From Saccharolobus solfataricus P2 (GTDB taxonomy: Archaea > Thermoproteota > Thermoprotei_A > Sulfolobales > Sulfolobaceae): 64,000 nucleotides of DNA. Positions within the stretch are counted from its first letter, which is position 1. Each line of letters begins with the position of its first letter. Position numbers and translations under genes: made by a program. The notes beneath the pieces were generated by a model. The model was given only the letters and a program-made list of their open reading frames with translations. It had not been told where the DNA came from and searched no databases. The stretch lies in NCBI RefSeq assembly GCF_000007005.1, contig NC_002754.1, one strand, 5' to 3'. Shown here piece by piece: positions 20,850 to 33,055 of the stretch.

Positions 20850-22009
20850 TTAAGAATTCATTAATTTAAGTGCAATGTTTTTCGCATCCTCTACTGTTAC
20901 CTTATTACCTGATTCTGCCAGTTTCTTAATCTCAGCTAGGACTATCTTTAATTTATCGTCTGATAGATATATTCCTTGTTCTTCTAATAATTTTCTTAAC
21001 CCATGTATTCCGCTATGTTTACCTAGTGCTAGTCTTCTGAAATTACCTACTTCTTCTGGTGAAATTGGTTCGTATGTGAATGGGTTTTCTATTACTCCAT
21101 GAACGTGTATCCCAGATTCGTGTCCAAATGCATTATCACCGACAATTGCCTTGAAATAGGGAACTGGTACGCCGGTCATTTCAGCTACAAACCTACTTAC
21201 CTCATATAATTTCCACGTTTTCACATTTGTCTCATAATTTAGTAATTTCTTTATACCCATTACTACTTCCTCTAATGACGCGTTTCCTGCTCTCTCACCT
21301 ATACCATTTACAGTAACATGAGCTTGTCTGGCACCTGCATACACGCCAGCTAAAGAATTTGCTGTTGCTAGTCCGAAATCATTATGGCAATGAACACTTA
21401 CTATTATTCTCTCACCTACGAAGTTTACAATTTTCTTTATCATATCATAGTACTTAAAAGGATGCATTGTCCCTACAGTATCCGGTATATTGATCCTATC
21501 GGCTCCTGCTTCTATTGCAGTTCTAATTGCAGTAAATAGGAAGTCTTCTTCAGTTCTCGTTGCATCCTCTGGACTAAACTCTACTATCATACCGTGATCT
21601 TTTGCGTATTTTACACTTTCATAAATCTTATTTAATACCTCCTCCTTTGTCATCTTTAATTTATATTTCATATGCAATTCGGAAGTCGCTATGAACAAGT
21701 GTATACTCGAGATCCCAGTACTTATTGTCTTATCTATATCGTTCTTATTAGATCTAGATAATCCAATTACTTCTACTTGATCTCCTATCTCTTCAAAAAT
21801 CTTTCTGGTAGCTATGAATTCTCCTTCTGAAGAAGCAGGGAAACCTGCTTCTATTACATCAACACCTAAATCGGCTAACTTTCTCGCTATCATTATCTTT
21901 TGTTCTGTTGTTAAATCTATACCGGGAGCTTGTTCGCCGTCTCTTAACGTGGTATCGAATATTCTAATTTTCTTAGACGTAGAGAATACTCATACCTCGT
22001 ACGCACCAT
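20850..22009 (-). CDS. leuA: 2-isopropylmalate synthase-like enzyme (LeuA/CimA family, no C-terminal regulatory domain) with a frame discontinuity at the 5' end
   Basis: [15 protein letters not shown] (upstream of the tracked ORF), HCHNDFGLA and GIGERAGN; in-frame TGA at 21992-21990 and no ATG/GTG/TTG before the DTTLRDGEQ motif. Confidence 0.85.
21944..22009 (-). other. 21-codon uORF overlapping the leuA 5' end ([21 protein letters not shown])
   Basis: ATG at 22009, stop at 21946-21944; a -1 shift enters the leuA frame. Confidence 0.5.
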
Positions 22010-22028
22010 GATAACTACCGTATAATGC

Positions 22029-22036
22029 TATTTAAA
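22029..22036 (-). promoter_or_regulatory. TATA box (TTTAAATA) of the leuA-MBL unit, predicting a TSS near the ATG at 22009
   Basis: Consensus archaeal TATA whose first T is 27 nt upstream of the ATG. Confidence 0.55.
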
Positions 22037-22041
22037 ACTTA

Positions 22042-22656
22042 CTATTCATTATAATTTAAAACTTGTTCAATTATCATTCTGGCTATTTCTAACTTTTTTC
22101 TTTTTATCATTGATGCCGGTACGTTTCTCTGATAGTATGGTTTAGAGAATTTTCCAACAATTCCAGATTGAAAATCCATCGCGTATAATCTTATTTTACT
22201 AGCCTTCATATACTTCGCTAAAACTACAGCTCTATCTCCGTCAGTGAACCCACCATATAATCTTAAACGACCAAAAGGCATTACTTGTGAATTTGGAATT
22301 ACTTTATCCATTTCCTTGACCTTATGTAGTAGATTGATATTATCACCATGAGCCAATACTACGTATATTGGATTTTTAGGAAAAGTTTGAAGCCCATCTA
22401 AGTCAGTTACTATAATGTCAGGGACAATCCCTATATCTACTAGATAATTAGCTGCACCATCTGCTGCTATTATTACGTCTTCTTTAAGCTTATTTATTTT
22501 ATCTAGCTGAGGACCCGCTCCCACTATCGCAATTTCTCTCCCTTTAATTAACTCTTTCAATTCAGCCTCATCATATTCCTTAGTTATAAGATAGTTCAGT
22601 ATTGATGCAGAGATATAGTCGTCTCTTTCTTTGAATCCAAACCAACTCCTTATCAT
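22042..22656 (-). CDS. mptE: 6-hydroxymethyl-7,8-dihydropterin pyrophosphokinase (MptE/DUF115)
   Basis: IVGAGP, IAADGA, VTDLDG, HGDNI and GGFTDGDRA motifs. Confidence 0.88.
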   Translation of the reverse strand: MIRSWFGFKERDDYISASILNYLITKEYDEAELKELIKGREIAIVGAGPQLDKINKLKEDVIIAADGAANYLVDIGIVPDIIVTDLDGLQTFPKNPIYVVLAHGDNINLLHKVKEMDKVIPNSQVMPFGRLRLYGGFTDGDRAVVLAKYMKASKIRLYAMDFQSGIVGKFSKPYYQRNVPASMIKRKKLEIARMIIEQVLNYNE

Positions 22657-22667
22657 TTTATAAAAAT

Positions 22668-22886
22668 TTATCCACCATAACGTATTATAAAGTAAATTGT
22701 ATCACCTTCTTGTTTAATTATGTTAATCGTATATCTATCTTTTATTATCTCGAAATATGGATTTGCTGATTTTATCTTGAAGATCACATTGTTGTTATTG
22801 AACAAATACTCTATAGCCTCTAATGGGTCACTTGAGCATGTATAAGAGTCTAGGTCAATCGTGAAATTCGTCATATATTTTCTCAA
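22668..22886 (-). CDS. Small hypothetical protein, weakly TusA/SirA-like
   Basis: IDLDSYTC N-terminal pattern; packed in an operon between HEPN and mptE. Confidence 0.5.
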   Translation of the reverse strand: MRKYMTNFTIDLDSYTCSSDPLEAIEYLFNNNNVIFKIKSANPYFEIIKDRYTINIIKQEGDTIYFIIRYGG

Positions 22887-23247
22887 CCTCCTCTAGAATT
22901 TTAGATATCTCATCAACTAACATTTCCGCCTCTTTATTCCTTATTACTACAGTTGGAGTTTTCAGAGAGGATTCGTTAATTAAAGTAATTGGAATCAACC
23001 TATATTCCAGATCTCTCAATTTCTTCTCCAACATACTTCCATCATTAAGGAATAGCGCGGTATTCCAAAATAAATCGTACTTAAATACGTCTCTCAGAGA
23101 TAGTAATACCTTAGCTAAATTTTCTACAGTGTCTAAGGTCCTTATTACAGTATAATAGAGGTCTCCGTCCTCAAAGGCTATTTGCGCCTCTTTTAATGTC
23201 CTCCTAGCCCTGAGTAAATATTCGGCGGCTACTAAACTTTTATCCAT
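22855..23247 (-). CDS. HEPN-domain protein (degenerate)
   Basis: AAEYLLRARRTLKEA..AFEDGDL...VENLAKVLL HEPN N-terminal helices; downstream of an MNT-like gene. Confidence 0.7.
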   Translation of the reverse strand: MDKSLVAAEYLLRARRTLKEAQIAFEDGDLYYTVIRTLDTVENLAKVLLSLRDVFKYDLFWNTALFLNDGSMLEKKLRDLEYRLIPITLINESSLKTPTVVIRNKEAEMLVDEISKILEEVEKIYDEFHD

Positions 23248-23617
23248 TTTTCTCTTCCTCTACCGAATATATTACTCTACCGTGAGTATTAAGATATTCT
23301 AATAATGGTATTTCGTATTCTAACTCTTTAGGGGATAGTAATAATCCGTAAATTTTAGGTAAAATTCCGTAATTTAAGATAAAATCTTTTGTTGTCTCCT
23401 TATTTCTAACTTTATTGTAAAAGAACGAAAATATCTCGCCTCTTGCATAAAGTGATATTTTAGAGACCTTATCCAAGGTTATTAGAAAAATTGTCTCCTC
23501 AGTCTCATCATTTTTCTCAAAAGATTTCCCACCAACTATGATCTTTTTAACGTAATCCCCATACCATTCTATAAAAAGAGAGGATAGGTCCTCAATTACA
23601 CGCAGAAGTAACTTCAT
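23240..23617 (-). CDS. Minimal nucleotidyltransferase (MNT)-like protein (degenerate)
   Basis: MNT-like fold pattern (YGDYVKKIIVGG..., LLSPKE...HGRVIYS); GS and DxD motifs absent. Confidence 0.6.
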   Translation of the reverse strand: MKLLLRVIEDLSSLFIEWYGDYVKKIIVGGKSFEKNDETEETIFLITLDKVSKISLYARGEIFSFFYNKVRNKETTKDFILNYGILPKIYGLLLSPKELEYEIPLLEYLNTHGRVIYSVEEEKNG

Positions 23618-23649
23618 GTTTAATAGTTAGTTACTCAATATAAAAAATT

Positions 23650-24153
23650 ATGAATGGAGATGCTCAAAGTTACTTGATGGAGCGAATTAGTATTGCATTA
23701 CCTATCCTGGAAATATCTGTACCTTGTAATACTACTTGTGTTATGATGACTAAGTATAAACACCTTCTATCAATAGAGAATTTCAAAGCTCAGTTAGAAA
23801 TATTAGACAGTTTAATTAATCTAATTGAAGATAAAATATACACGCTAAGACATGAGATTGAAGATAAGTTCTCTCAGTATAAGGCTAACGTTAATATAGA
23901 TAATTTAGTATATGCCATTTACAAGATGATTGAGGAGGGTGGAAATATGATTCTAGGCGAAAAGGTATATTTTGGGAATAAGGAAGTAGCTTACGGTGAG
24001 TATACAGTTTTAATCGGATTCCACAACCTTGTTGAAAAGATTGTGAAGAGTGATTCCAATATCAGATCATTATGTGATGAGATAAGATATTTAAGTGAAT
24101 CTACATGGGAACATTTTGACAAAAACATAAGGAGGTCTTTAAATGAAAGTTAG
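23650..24153 (+). CDS. Hypothetical protein
   Basis: 167-aa ORF overlapping the start of the PTPS gene. Confidence 0.6.
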   Translation: MNGDAQSYLMERISIALPILEISVPCNTTCVMMTKYKHLLSIENFKAQLEILDSLINLIEDKIYTLRHEIEDKFSQYKANVNIDNLVYAIYKMIEEGGNMILGEKVYFGNKEVAYGEYTVLIGFHNLVEKIVKSDSNIRSLCDEIRYLSESTWEHFDKNIRRSLNES

Positions 24154-24559
24154 AGTTGGTATCGAAGGAATCACGATGGATTCAGCCCACTACACCTTGT
24201 CGTCTTATGCTGATAGCCAAATCCATGGACATACGTATATTGTTAATGTGGAAGTAGAGGGTGAAGTCAATGAGAAATCTGGGTTTGTAGTGGATTTTAA
24301 CTTACTCAAAAAGATAATTAAAGAGACAATACAAGAATGGGATCACAAACTCATCATACCTAAAGTTGATTTAGATAAGTCGAGGTTTGAAGGCCCATTT
24401 AGGGTAGATTATAAGGTAATAGATGCTCCATTTCCTACTGCTGAGTATATAGGTATTGAAATAGCCAAGGATATATACCTAAAACTCAATAAAAAATATA
24501 GAATACTTTTGAAGATATATGAGGGAAAGGATTCATATGCAATTATAGAGTATCCATAA
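24143..24559 (+). CDS. 6-pyruvoyl-tetrahydropterin synthase/QueD-family protein lacking the catalytic Cys (PTPS-VI-like)
   Basis: DSAH, IHGHTY, GFVVDF, WDHK and PTAEYI motifs. Confidence 0.88.
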   Translation: MKVRVGIEGITMDSAHYTLSSYADSQIHGHTYIVNVEVEGEVNEKSGFVVDFNLLKKIIKETIQEWDHKLIIPKVDLDKSRFEGPFRVDYKVIDAPFPTAEYIGIEIAKDIYLKLNKKYRILLKIYEGKDSYAIIEYP

Positions 24560-24602
24560 TATAAATAAATAAAAATGATAAATAGGATTTAGATCTTTCA
24601 CC

Positions 24603-25046
24603 TTATGTAGAGAGGATTAGGAAACGTAGACCTATATTGTCTATCCATTTACATTCTTTAGACTCTTTTGTCGTTTTATAACAAAGTATGGAATTATCGT
24701 TAAATTTAAAACACCAATCCTTACCCTCTTCAAGTCGTTTAAATAACTGATTTACATTTTTTACAGTTTCCTCTTTACCATTGCACAAATACCCTGTAAT
24801 CTCATATCTCTTTATAATCACGTCATGATTAAAAACAAATATCCCACCGAATATTGCAGGATAGCATAACTTCTTATCCCTATTTTCACACGCTATATCT
24901 ATCCTAAAAGATTTAGACAATTGTAAGAGAAATTCCTTTACGTCTTCATCTGCATTCTTTAGCGTAATTATCGGCGGAATTACACTGAAGACAAACGTAA
25001 AATCGTTAACCTCTTTTCTTATCGTGCTCGGTATGGAGATTATCAT
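24603..25046 (-). CDS. Hypothetical protein
   Basis: 147-aa Cys-containing ORF coupled to the DHPS-like gene. Confidence 0.55.
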   Translation of the reverse strand: MIISIPSTIRKEVNDFTFVFSVIPPIITLKNADEDVKEFLLQLSKSFRIDIACENRDKKLCYPAIFGGIFVFNHDVIIKRYEITGYLCNGKEETVKNVNQLFKRLEEGKDWCFKFNDNSILCYKTTKESKECKWIDNIGLRFLILST

Positions 25047-26502
25047 TAATTATCTTTTTGAACAATGGCTTGTCTTGAATATAATTTTTATCAAGTTGAT
25101 ACGCAATCTCAGCCTTGGCCAACTCATATCCTATATACACGGCATGCTCTTTGCTAATATCCTTAACTCTCCTAATCAGCTCTCTGCCAATGCTTAGCCC
25201 ATCTTTTCCTTTTATTGTTATCTTGTTTTTCCCAATCCATTCTACTCCAAATCCATCTTCACTCACGAAAATTTTTGCAAATCCGGTATTATCCATTTCA
25301 GGCTCTATACGCCTATTAACAATCACGTCAGCGTTAAAACTCTCCCTAAATCTTCTCTTATCCTTAAGTACTAACAAATCTATTCCTATATCTTTGGGAA
25401 GTCTATTTTCCTTCAAAGCTACACTTATCATTTTTGTAGCTTGTGATACTTCCCAACTACTCCACCTCGTTTTCCCCTTTTCCATAATTAATAAGTTAGA
25501 AATTCCCAACTCTCCAGCAATTGCGGTTAGTAGTGCATTCATTCCTATACTATCTGCATCAATGAGTTCAGTCACGTTAAGAATTCCCATTAGAATAGGT
25601 ATATCTTGCAACGTCTCTCTGACGTACTTATACCCAATTATACTGCTTACTAACCCTCTTAGGGGAGGCGATAATACGGGATCTGCTATTAATTTATCGA
25701 ATCCTTTTTGTTTGGCTTTTTTTACGAGATCAATAGTTATTTCTCCTCTATTTTCAGTGTTAAACGGGGCTACAACAAATGCTGCTTCTTTCCTAATTTC
25801 CTCAAGTTCCTCAAAGTTATTTTCATTTAGGTTAAATACGAATGAAGCTCCAGCTCTTACACCTTCTTTTAATTCTCTGGGCGATTCAGCATCTATTCCA
25901 ACAACGTAACCGTAGTCCACTAATTGTTTAACCTTATTTTTAACCTCGTCCAAATCGTAGTGACCCACTGGAAAACCTAATACTACTACGTCAACGTTTT
26001 TTCTTATTCTATCCAATTTCTCGAATTCTTGCTTATTGTCTATTTCCAAGAAAATTCTAAATGGCGGTGGATAAGTTGTAATCTTAATTCCATTTATTTC
26101 AAACGAAATCTTAGCTTCTTCCTCCATTTTTCTTAGCTTCTCTTCAATATTATCCATTTTACCTATGATCTTATCAGCAGATTCCGTTGTGGAGAGTTGT
26201 ATCCCATTTTTCAATGCCTCAATTACTCTAGGGAGATCCCATGCTTCCTCTGTCCCTTTAAAAGTTCTCACTCCCGTAACTTCCTCAACAATTTTGGCGT
26301 CGCCATAGACTAAACCTGGTAAAAGGATGTAATCTGCATCAAATTTGGTCTGCTTCAAGTTTTCTGCTATAAACTTTGTACTCATTAATGAGGCAACAGG
26401 GTAATTAAGTACCTTAATCTCAACTTTAGTATCTTTAATGTTTTTAGCAACTTCAGAAAGTATTGGTGCAGCTAAAGTTCCAGTTACTACTAATACTTTC
26501 AC
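25006..26502 (-). CDS. Dihydropteroate synthase-related pterin-binding protein (with DUF4346-like C-terminus)
   Basis: LVVTG.LA, IADPVL, NVTELIDADS.GMN and HAVYIGYELAKAE motifs. Confidence 0.85.
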   Translation of the reverse strand: MKVLVVTGTLAAPILSEVAKNIKDTKVEIKVLNYPVASLMSTKFIAENLKQTKFDADYILLPGLVYGDAKIVEEVTGVRTFKGTEEAWDLPRVIEALKNGIQLSTTESADKIIGKMDNIEEKLRKMEEEAKISFEINGIKITTYPPPFRIFLEIDNKQEFEKLDRIRKNVDVVVLGFPVGHYDLDEVKNKVKQLVDYGYVVGIDAESPRELKEGVRAGASFVFNLNENNFEELEEIRKEAAFVVAPFNTENRGEITIDLVKKAKQKGFDKLIADPVLSPPLRGLVSSIIGYKYVRETLQDIPILMGILNVTELIDADSIGMNALLTAIAGELGISNLLIMEKGKTRWSSWEVSQATKMISVALKENRLPKDIGIDLLVLKDKRRFRESFNADVIVNRRIEPEMDNTGFAKIFVSEDGFGVEWIGKNKITIKGKDGLSIGRELIRRVKDISKEHAVYIGYELAKAEIAYQLDKNYIQDKPLFKKIINDNLHTEHDKKRG

Positions 26503-26581
26503 ACATTTATTCTAGTTTTTACGGTATTTAATTTCACGTTTTTAGAATCGTTGAACAAAACTCTTAAAAATTATTTAGTAA

Positions 26582-28356
<1,775 letters not shown>

Positions 28357-30205
28357 CTGAGGGATGTATTTTATTAAGTGCATCTATTAAGTCTTCTCTA
28401 GTTAACGTTCTATTGCTTTCTCCCCTTAAAATACTCTTTAACACTTTCATCTTAGCCTCTCTTGCCAATGCTGCTAAGTCAGCCCCTGAATAGCCTTCCG
28501 TCTGGTCCGCTAAAATTCCACAATCTACTTTTTCACATTCCTCTTTTCCAATATATTTCATTAGTATATCTAACCTTTCTTCCCTATTTGGAAGTGGCAT
28601 ATGAATAATTTTATCAAATCTACCAGGTCTCAATAGGGCTGGATCTATGGCTTTTAACCTATTTGTAGTTCCTATTACAACTACTTCCTTTAGGCTTCTT
28701 ATTCCATCCATCTCTGTTAACAATTGATTAACAATTTTTGAGGAATCCCCATAGCTCTTATAGCTTCTTTTAGACGCAATGGCATCTAGTTCATCTAATA
28801 AAATTATTGCAGGCTTATTTTCTCTCGCTCTATTAAATACTTCCTTAATTGCAGCTATTGCACCCTCATACCCTTTGTACATAATCTCAGCCCCGCTTAA
28901 CGCGATTAACTTAACGTTAAGTGTTTTAGCCAATGCCTTAGCCATCATGGTCTTACCTACACCTGGTGGACCGTAGAGTAATATTCCTCTAATTGGCGGT
29001 ACTCTTAATTGTTCCAGTAGTTTATAATGATACAATTGTAACTCTAATAATTCTTTTAATTCAGTCTTTATTTCGTTGTATCCTCCTATATCATTTAAAG
29101 TTAATTTCTCTTCTAGTTCATTTTCCTCTTCTCCTTTACGTACTCTTCTTTCGAAATCTAGTCTGAATTTCTCATAATCTTCTATCATTTGTAGCGTTAT
29201 ACTAGGTTTATACTTTTTGATCAACTCGATGAAATCCGCCATAGTTATTTTCCTATCTGCGCCTTTTTCTATTGCTTCAGAAGCAACTTTTCTCGCGGCT
29301 TCTTGACATAAATTAGCTAAGTCCGCTCCACTATACCTCTCCGTAATTTCGGCTAGTTTATCAAAGTCTACATCCTCAGCCAACGGTTTCCCTCTACAAT
29401 GTATTTGTAAAATTTGTTTCCTAGCCTCTTTATTTGGTGGACCAATGTAAATTAATTTATCAAATCTACCAGCTCTGAGTAATGCCTTATCTAACATTTG
29501 AGGAACGTTCGTAGACCCTACTACTATTACGCCGTCCTCACTATGTAATCCATCAATTTCCGATAACATTAGAGACAACAATCTGGGTGTTACTGAGTCG
29601 CCAGTATGTGACTCTCTTTTAACGCCTATTGTGTCTATTTCATCAAAGAAAAGGATACAAGGGGCGTTCTTTCTAGCATTATTAAATAACTCTCTCAGTC
29701 TAGCCTCACTTTCTCCATACCATTTACTCATAATATCGCTTATGTTAACGTAGAGGAAATTCAACTTAGATTCATTAGCTAATGCTCTCATCATCATAGT
29801 TTTTCCGCAACCTGGAGGGCCAAATAACAACATACCTTTAGGCGGCTTTAAGCCATATTTCGTTGCTACATCCTTATTTTTCAAGGGTAATTCTATGTAC
29901 TCCCTTATTTCTTTTTTAGCATCCTCATATCCCCCTATATCGTCCCATGTTATCTTTTTGTCTTCTATCTCGACTTTTTTCTTCTGTGATTTATTCTGTA
30001 ATTGCAAAGCTTTATCGGAATAGGCAAACTTGGCAGTTGATTTTCCAAAAATCTTCATGAGTATGATTACTAGTACTGCTAAGCTAATAAATATGATTGC
30101 TAAGTTAAGTACGGGTTCTATCAACTTAAATCAAGAAAAATATCTGCCTTTATGATTATAAGCTTATTTCAAAACTTTTTATCTAGAAAAGCACCCAATT
30201 AGTAT

Positions 30206-31762
30206 CTATTTGTAAATGCCTTTTCTCAAATCTTCTAGAATTTTGACGTGAGCATTATATCCTGGAGCTCCGGTAACACCGCCACCTGGATGTGTTCCAG
30301 ATCCACACAAGTAAAGTCCCCTTATAGGTGTAGTATAATCACTATAACCTATTAATGGTCGGAAAAAGTATAGTTGATCTGGAGTCATATCTAAATGGAA
30401 AATATTTCCGCCGTTGATTCCAAATCTCCTCTCAATGTCCAATGGAGTTAAAACTTCATACTTAATGGGTTTGAAATTTGGTGCAAACTCCTTTATTTTC
30501 TCAAAAGTTATTTCAGCAATTTTTTCTTTCATTTCATCATTTCTCTTACTGTCGTAAACTAAGTACTGCCCAAATATGGAAAAGGAGAACTTCCCTGGTG
30601 GAGCTACTGTAGGATCGACGGAGGATTGAATGTTAATGGAAAGCCAAGGTTCCCTAGAGTACCCTAATGCTCTAGCATCATCGTACGCTTTCTCTATGTA
30701 TTCCATGTTAGGCATAATCAATTCAGATGCTATATGTTCTGGTGATAAACTCTTGCCATTCCCGAAATCTGGTAGCTCCTCCAGATATCCAACTATTTTA
30801 AAAGAGACGCCAACGTTCTTCAAAGCTCTCACTCTTCTAAGGAAGTCTTCTTCTAGCTCTGCATTTCTTAAAAGTTTAAAGAACGTAGTTTTAGGATCGG
30901 CATTTGAAACGATAATTTTAGCGTTTATTGTTTTACCATTTTTCAGTTTTATACCTTCTACCCTTCCATTCTTTACTAATACCTCATCAACTTCTGCATT
31001 AGTGTAAATCTCTACCCCAAGGTGCTCAGCTGATCTCTTAAGAGCTTGAGTAACCTCTCCCATTCCTCCCTCTACGTAACCCCAAGCTCCTTTCACGCCG
31101 TTCACTTCACCTATAACATGATGAGCTAACACATATGCTGTCCCTGGAGTCGAAGGTGAGGCAAATGTTCCTACTACGGAATCTTCAGCCAATGCTGATT
31201 TAACTTCATCTGTTTCGAAATACTCATCTAATAATGATTTTGCATCTTGCATGAAAGTTCTCAAGAAGCTTAATGCCAATTCTTCATTAACGTTTCCCCT
31301 AAATATATTGATTAGATTGCTAGCTTCATCTATATGTGGTGGGGGATTTAGCATGAAAAAATCAGCCATTTCGGCGAATAGGTCCCAAAACTTAACCCAT
31401 TTTTTGTAATTTTTAGCATCATTTTTTGAAAATTTCTCTATCTCTTTCTTAGTTTTCTCTAGACTTGACCAAATATATAATTTTTTGCCATTTTCAAATG
31501 GTAAAAATAATCCCGGATCTTTTAAATAAACCTTTAATCCAAACTCCCTTAGTTTTAATTCTTCTATTATTTTAGGTCTTAATAGACTGAGTACGTAAGC
31601 ACCAGTTGAGACTTTAATACTAGGCCATAACTCCTCAGTAACCGATGCTCCACCTACTATTTCCCTTCTCTCAAACACAGCTACTTTTAATCCAGCCTTA
31701 GCTAGGTATGCTGCTGTAACTAGCCCATTATGGCCTCCACCAATAATTGCTACATCTATCAT
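30206..31762 (-). CDS. Phytoene dehydrogenase-like FAD oxidoreductase
   Basis: GGGHNGL Rossmann motif, GGNIFH and GSGTHPGGGVTGAPG. Confidence 0.9.
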   Translation of the reverse strand: MIDVAIIGGGHNGLVTAAYLAKAGLKVAVFERREIVGGASVTEELWPSIKVSTGAYVLSLLRPKIIEELKLREFGLKVYLKDPGLFLPFENGKKLYIWSSLEKTKKEIEKFSKNDAKNYKKWVKFWDLFAEMADFFMLNPPPHIDEASNLINIFRGNVNEELALSFLRTFMQDAKSLLDEYFETDEVKSALAEDSVVGTFASPSTPGTAYVLAHHVIGEVNGVKGAWGYVEGGMGEVTQALKRSAEHLGVEIYTNAEVDEVLVKNGRVEGIKLKNGKTINAKIIVSNADPKTTFFKLLRNAELEEDFLRRVRALKNVGVSFKIVGYLEELPDFGNGKSLSPEHIASELIMPNMEYIEKAYDDARALGYSREPWLSINIQSSVDPTVAPPGKFSFSIFGQYLVYDSKRNDEMKEKIAEITFEKIKEFAPNFKPIKYEVLTPLDIERRFGINGGNIFHLDMTPDQLYFFRPLIGYSDYTTPIRGLYLCGSGTHPGGGVTGAPGYNAHVKILEDLRKGIYK

Positions 31763-31917
31763 TTAGCTCGCCTGTTAGTTAGCCATACTAAAAATCCTAT
31801 TAGAACTCCTAAAGCCCCGATTCCTATAGAGATGTATGTGAATGTCTCAATCGTTTGAACAAGTGGTGTTATAGTATTACTGGCCGTGGCCAACACTGTT
31901 ATAGATAACATTGACAT
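31759..31917 (-). CDS. 52-aa single-pass membrane peptide (not in ORF track)
   Basis: MSMLSITVLATASNTITPLVQTIETFTYISIGIGALGVLIGFLVWLTNRRAK*; ATGA overlap with the downstream gene. Confidence 0.6.
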   Translation of the reverse strand: MSMLSITVLATASNTITPLVQTIETFTYISIGIGALGVLIGFLVWLTNRRAK

Positions 31918-31954
31918 AAACTTAAAAATAAATACTTATAACCTTATTGCAAAT

Positions 31955-33055
31955 ATGGACCTTATATTACCAGACTATTCTGGGGAGAATATTTATACAC
32001 TATCTTGTTTTGTAGCTGAGTATCTTGGAGTCAAAAGACAATGTTTGAATAAGATGAATTTGAACGTGAATAATAGATTAGTTTTAGCCTTATTTGACGG
32101 ACTAGGTTGGAATGTATTTAGTCAAGCTGGTGTAAATTTGAAAGCGAAGAAGATAACAACTGTTTTCCCATCTACAACATCCACTGTATTAACAACACTA
32201 TTTACCGCATTAACGCCAGCTGAGCATAGTGTTTTAGGCTATAACACTTTCTCAAAGAGGTTAGGTGGAGTAGTAAATACTCTACGCTATACTTATCCTA
32301 CCGTGAGCGATAGGGACTCAATAAAGGATTCCGTACCTTTTTCCTCCTCATTTCCTCATGTTAAAAGCTATTTAAAAGAAGTCCAAGATAAGAAGACTAT
32401 ATCAATAGTGCCTAAAGGAATAGAAAATACTGAATTTAGTAATGCTACGCACGGAGCTTCCGGTGAATCGAAAACTTATGTTAACTTTTGGGACGCATTT
32501 TACCAACTCTCACAAGTTTTACAACAAGACACATATGACTTTATCTACTTTTACATTCCAGATGTGGATACTTTATCTCATAGGTATGGGCCTTATGCAG
32601 AACCTACTATTAAATCTGCAAGGGATATTCTAACTAGCATCTTAGAAATCTCACAAAAACATAAGAAATATAGTTTCCTAATAACCGCAGATCATGGCCA
32701 TGTTCCCGTTACTGAAACTATTATCTTCAACAATGACCAAGAGCTACTTAACATGCTGGATGTTCCCCCATATGGAGATTCTAGGGCAATATTTTTAAGA
32801 ACCAGATACGATGTGTCAACCTATCTTAATAGAAAGTATGTGAGTCTTAAAATATTTGGGAAAAGTGATTTTGAAAGGCTATTAGGTAAGATTAATGATA
32901 TAACTGCTTTACCAGACTATATTGCAGTTCCTACCGATTATCGAGCATTCATATTCAATTTTAAGGATAAGGACGAGTATGATAAACTTAAAGGGCATCA
33001 TGGGGGACTATTGCAAGAGGAATTTGAGATACCTTTGGTGATCTTGAATGGTTGA
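31955..33055 (+). CDS. Alkaline phosphatase-superfamily nucleotide pyrophosphatase/phosphodiesterase
   Basis: FDGLG, FPSTT, DTLSH.YGP, TADHG and GHHG motifs; ATG at 31955 preferred over GTG at 31886. Confidence 0.85.
   Translation: MDLILPDYSGENIYTLSCFVAEYLGVKRQCLNKMNLNVNNRLVLALFDGLGWNVFSQAGVNLKAKKITTVFPSTTSTVLTTLFTALTPAEHSVLGYNTFSKRLGGVVNTLRYTYPTVSDRDSIKDSVPFSSSFPHVKSYLKEVQDKKTISIVPKGIENTEFSNATHGASGESKTYVNFWDAFYQLSQVLQQDTYDFIYFYIPDVDTLSHRYGPYAEPTIKSARDILTSILEISQKHKKYSFLITADHGHVPVTETIIFNNDQELLNMLDVPPYGDSRAIFLRTRYDVSTYLNRKYVSLKIFGKSDFERLLGKINDITALPDYIAVPTDYRAFIFNFKDKDEYDKLKGHHGGLLQEEFEIPLVILNG

Noticed and set aside
31886-31954. GTG start of the phosphodiesterase
   Set aside because: It conflicts with the divergent 52-aa ORF and promoter space; ATG 31955 fits better
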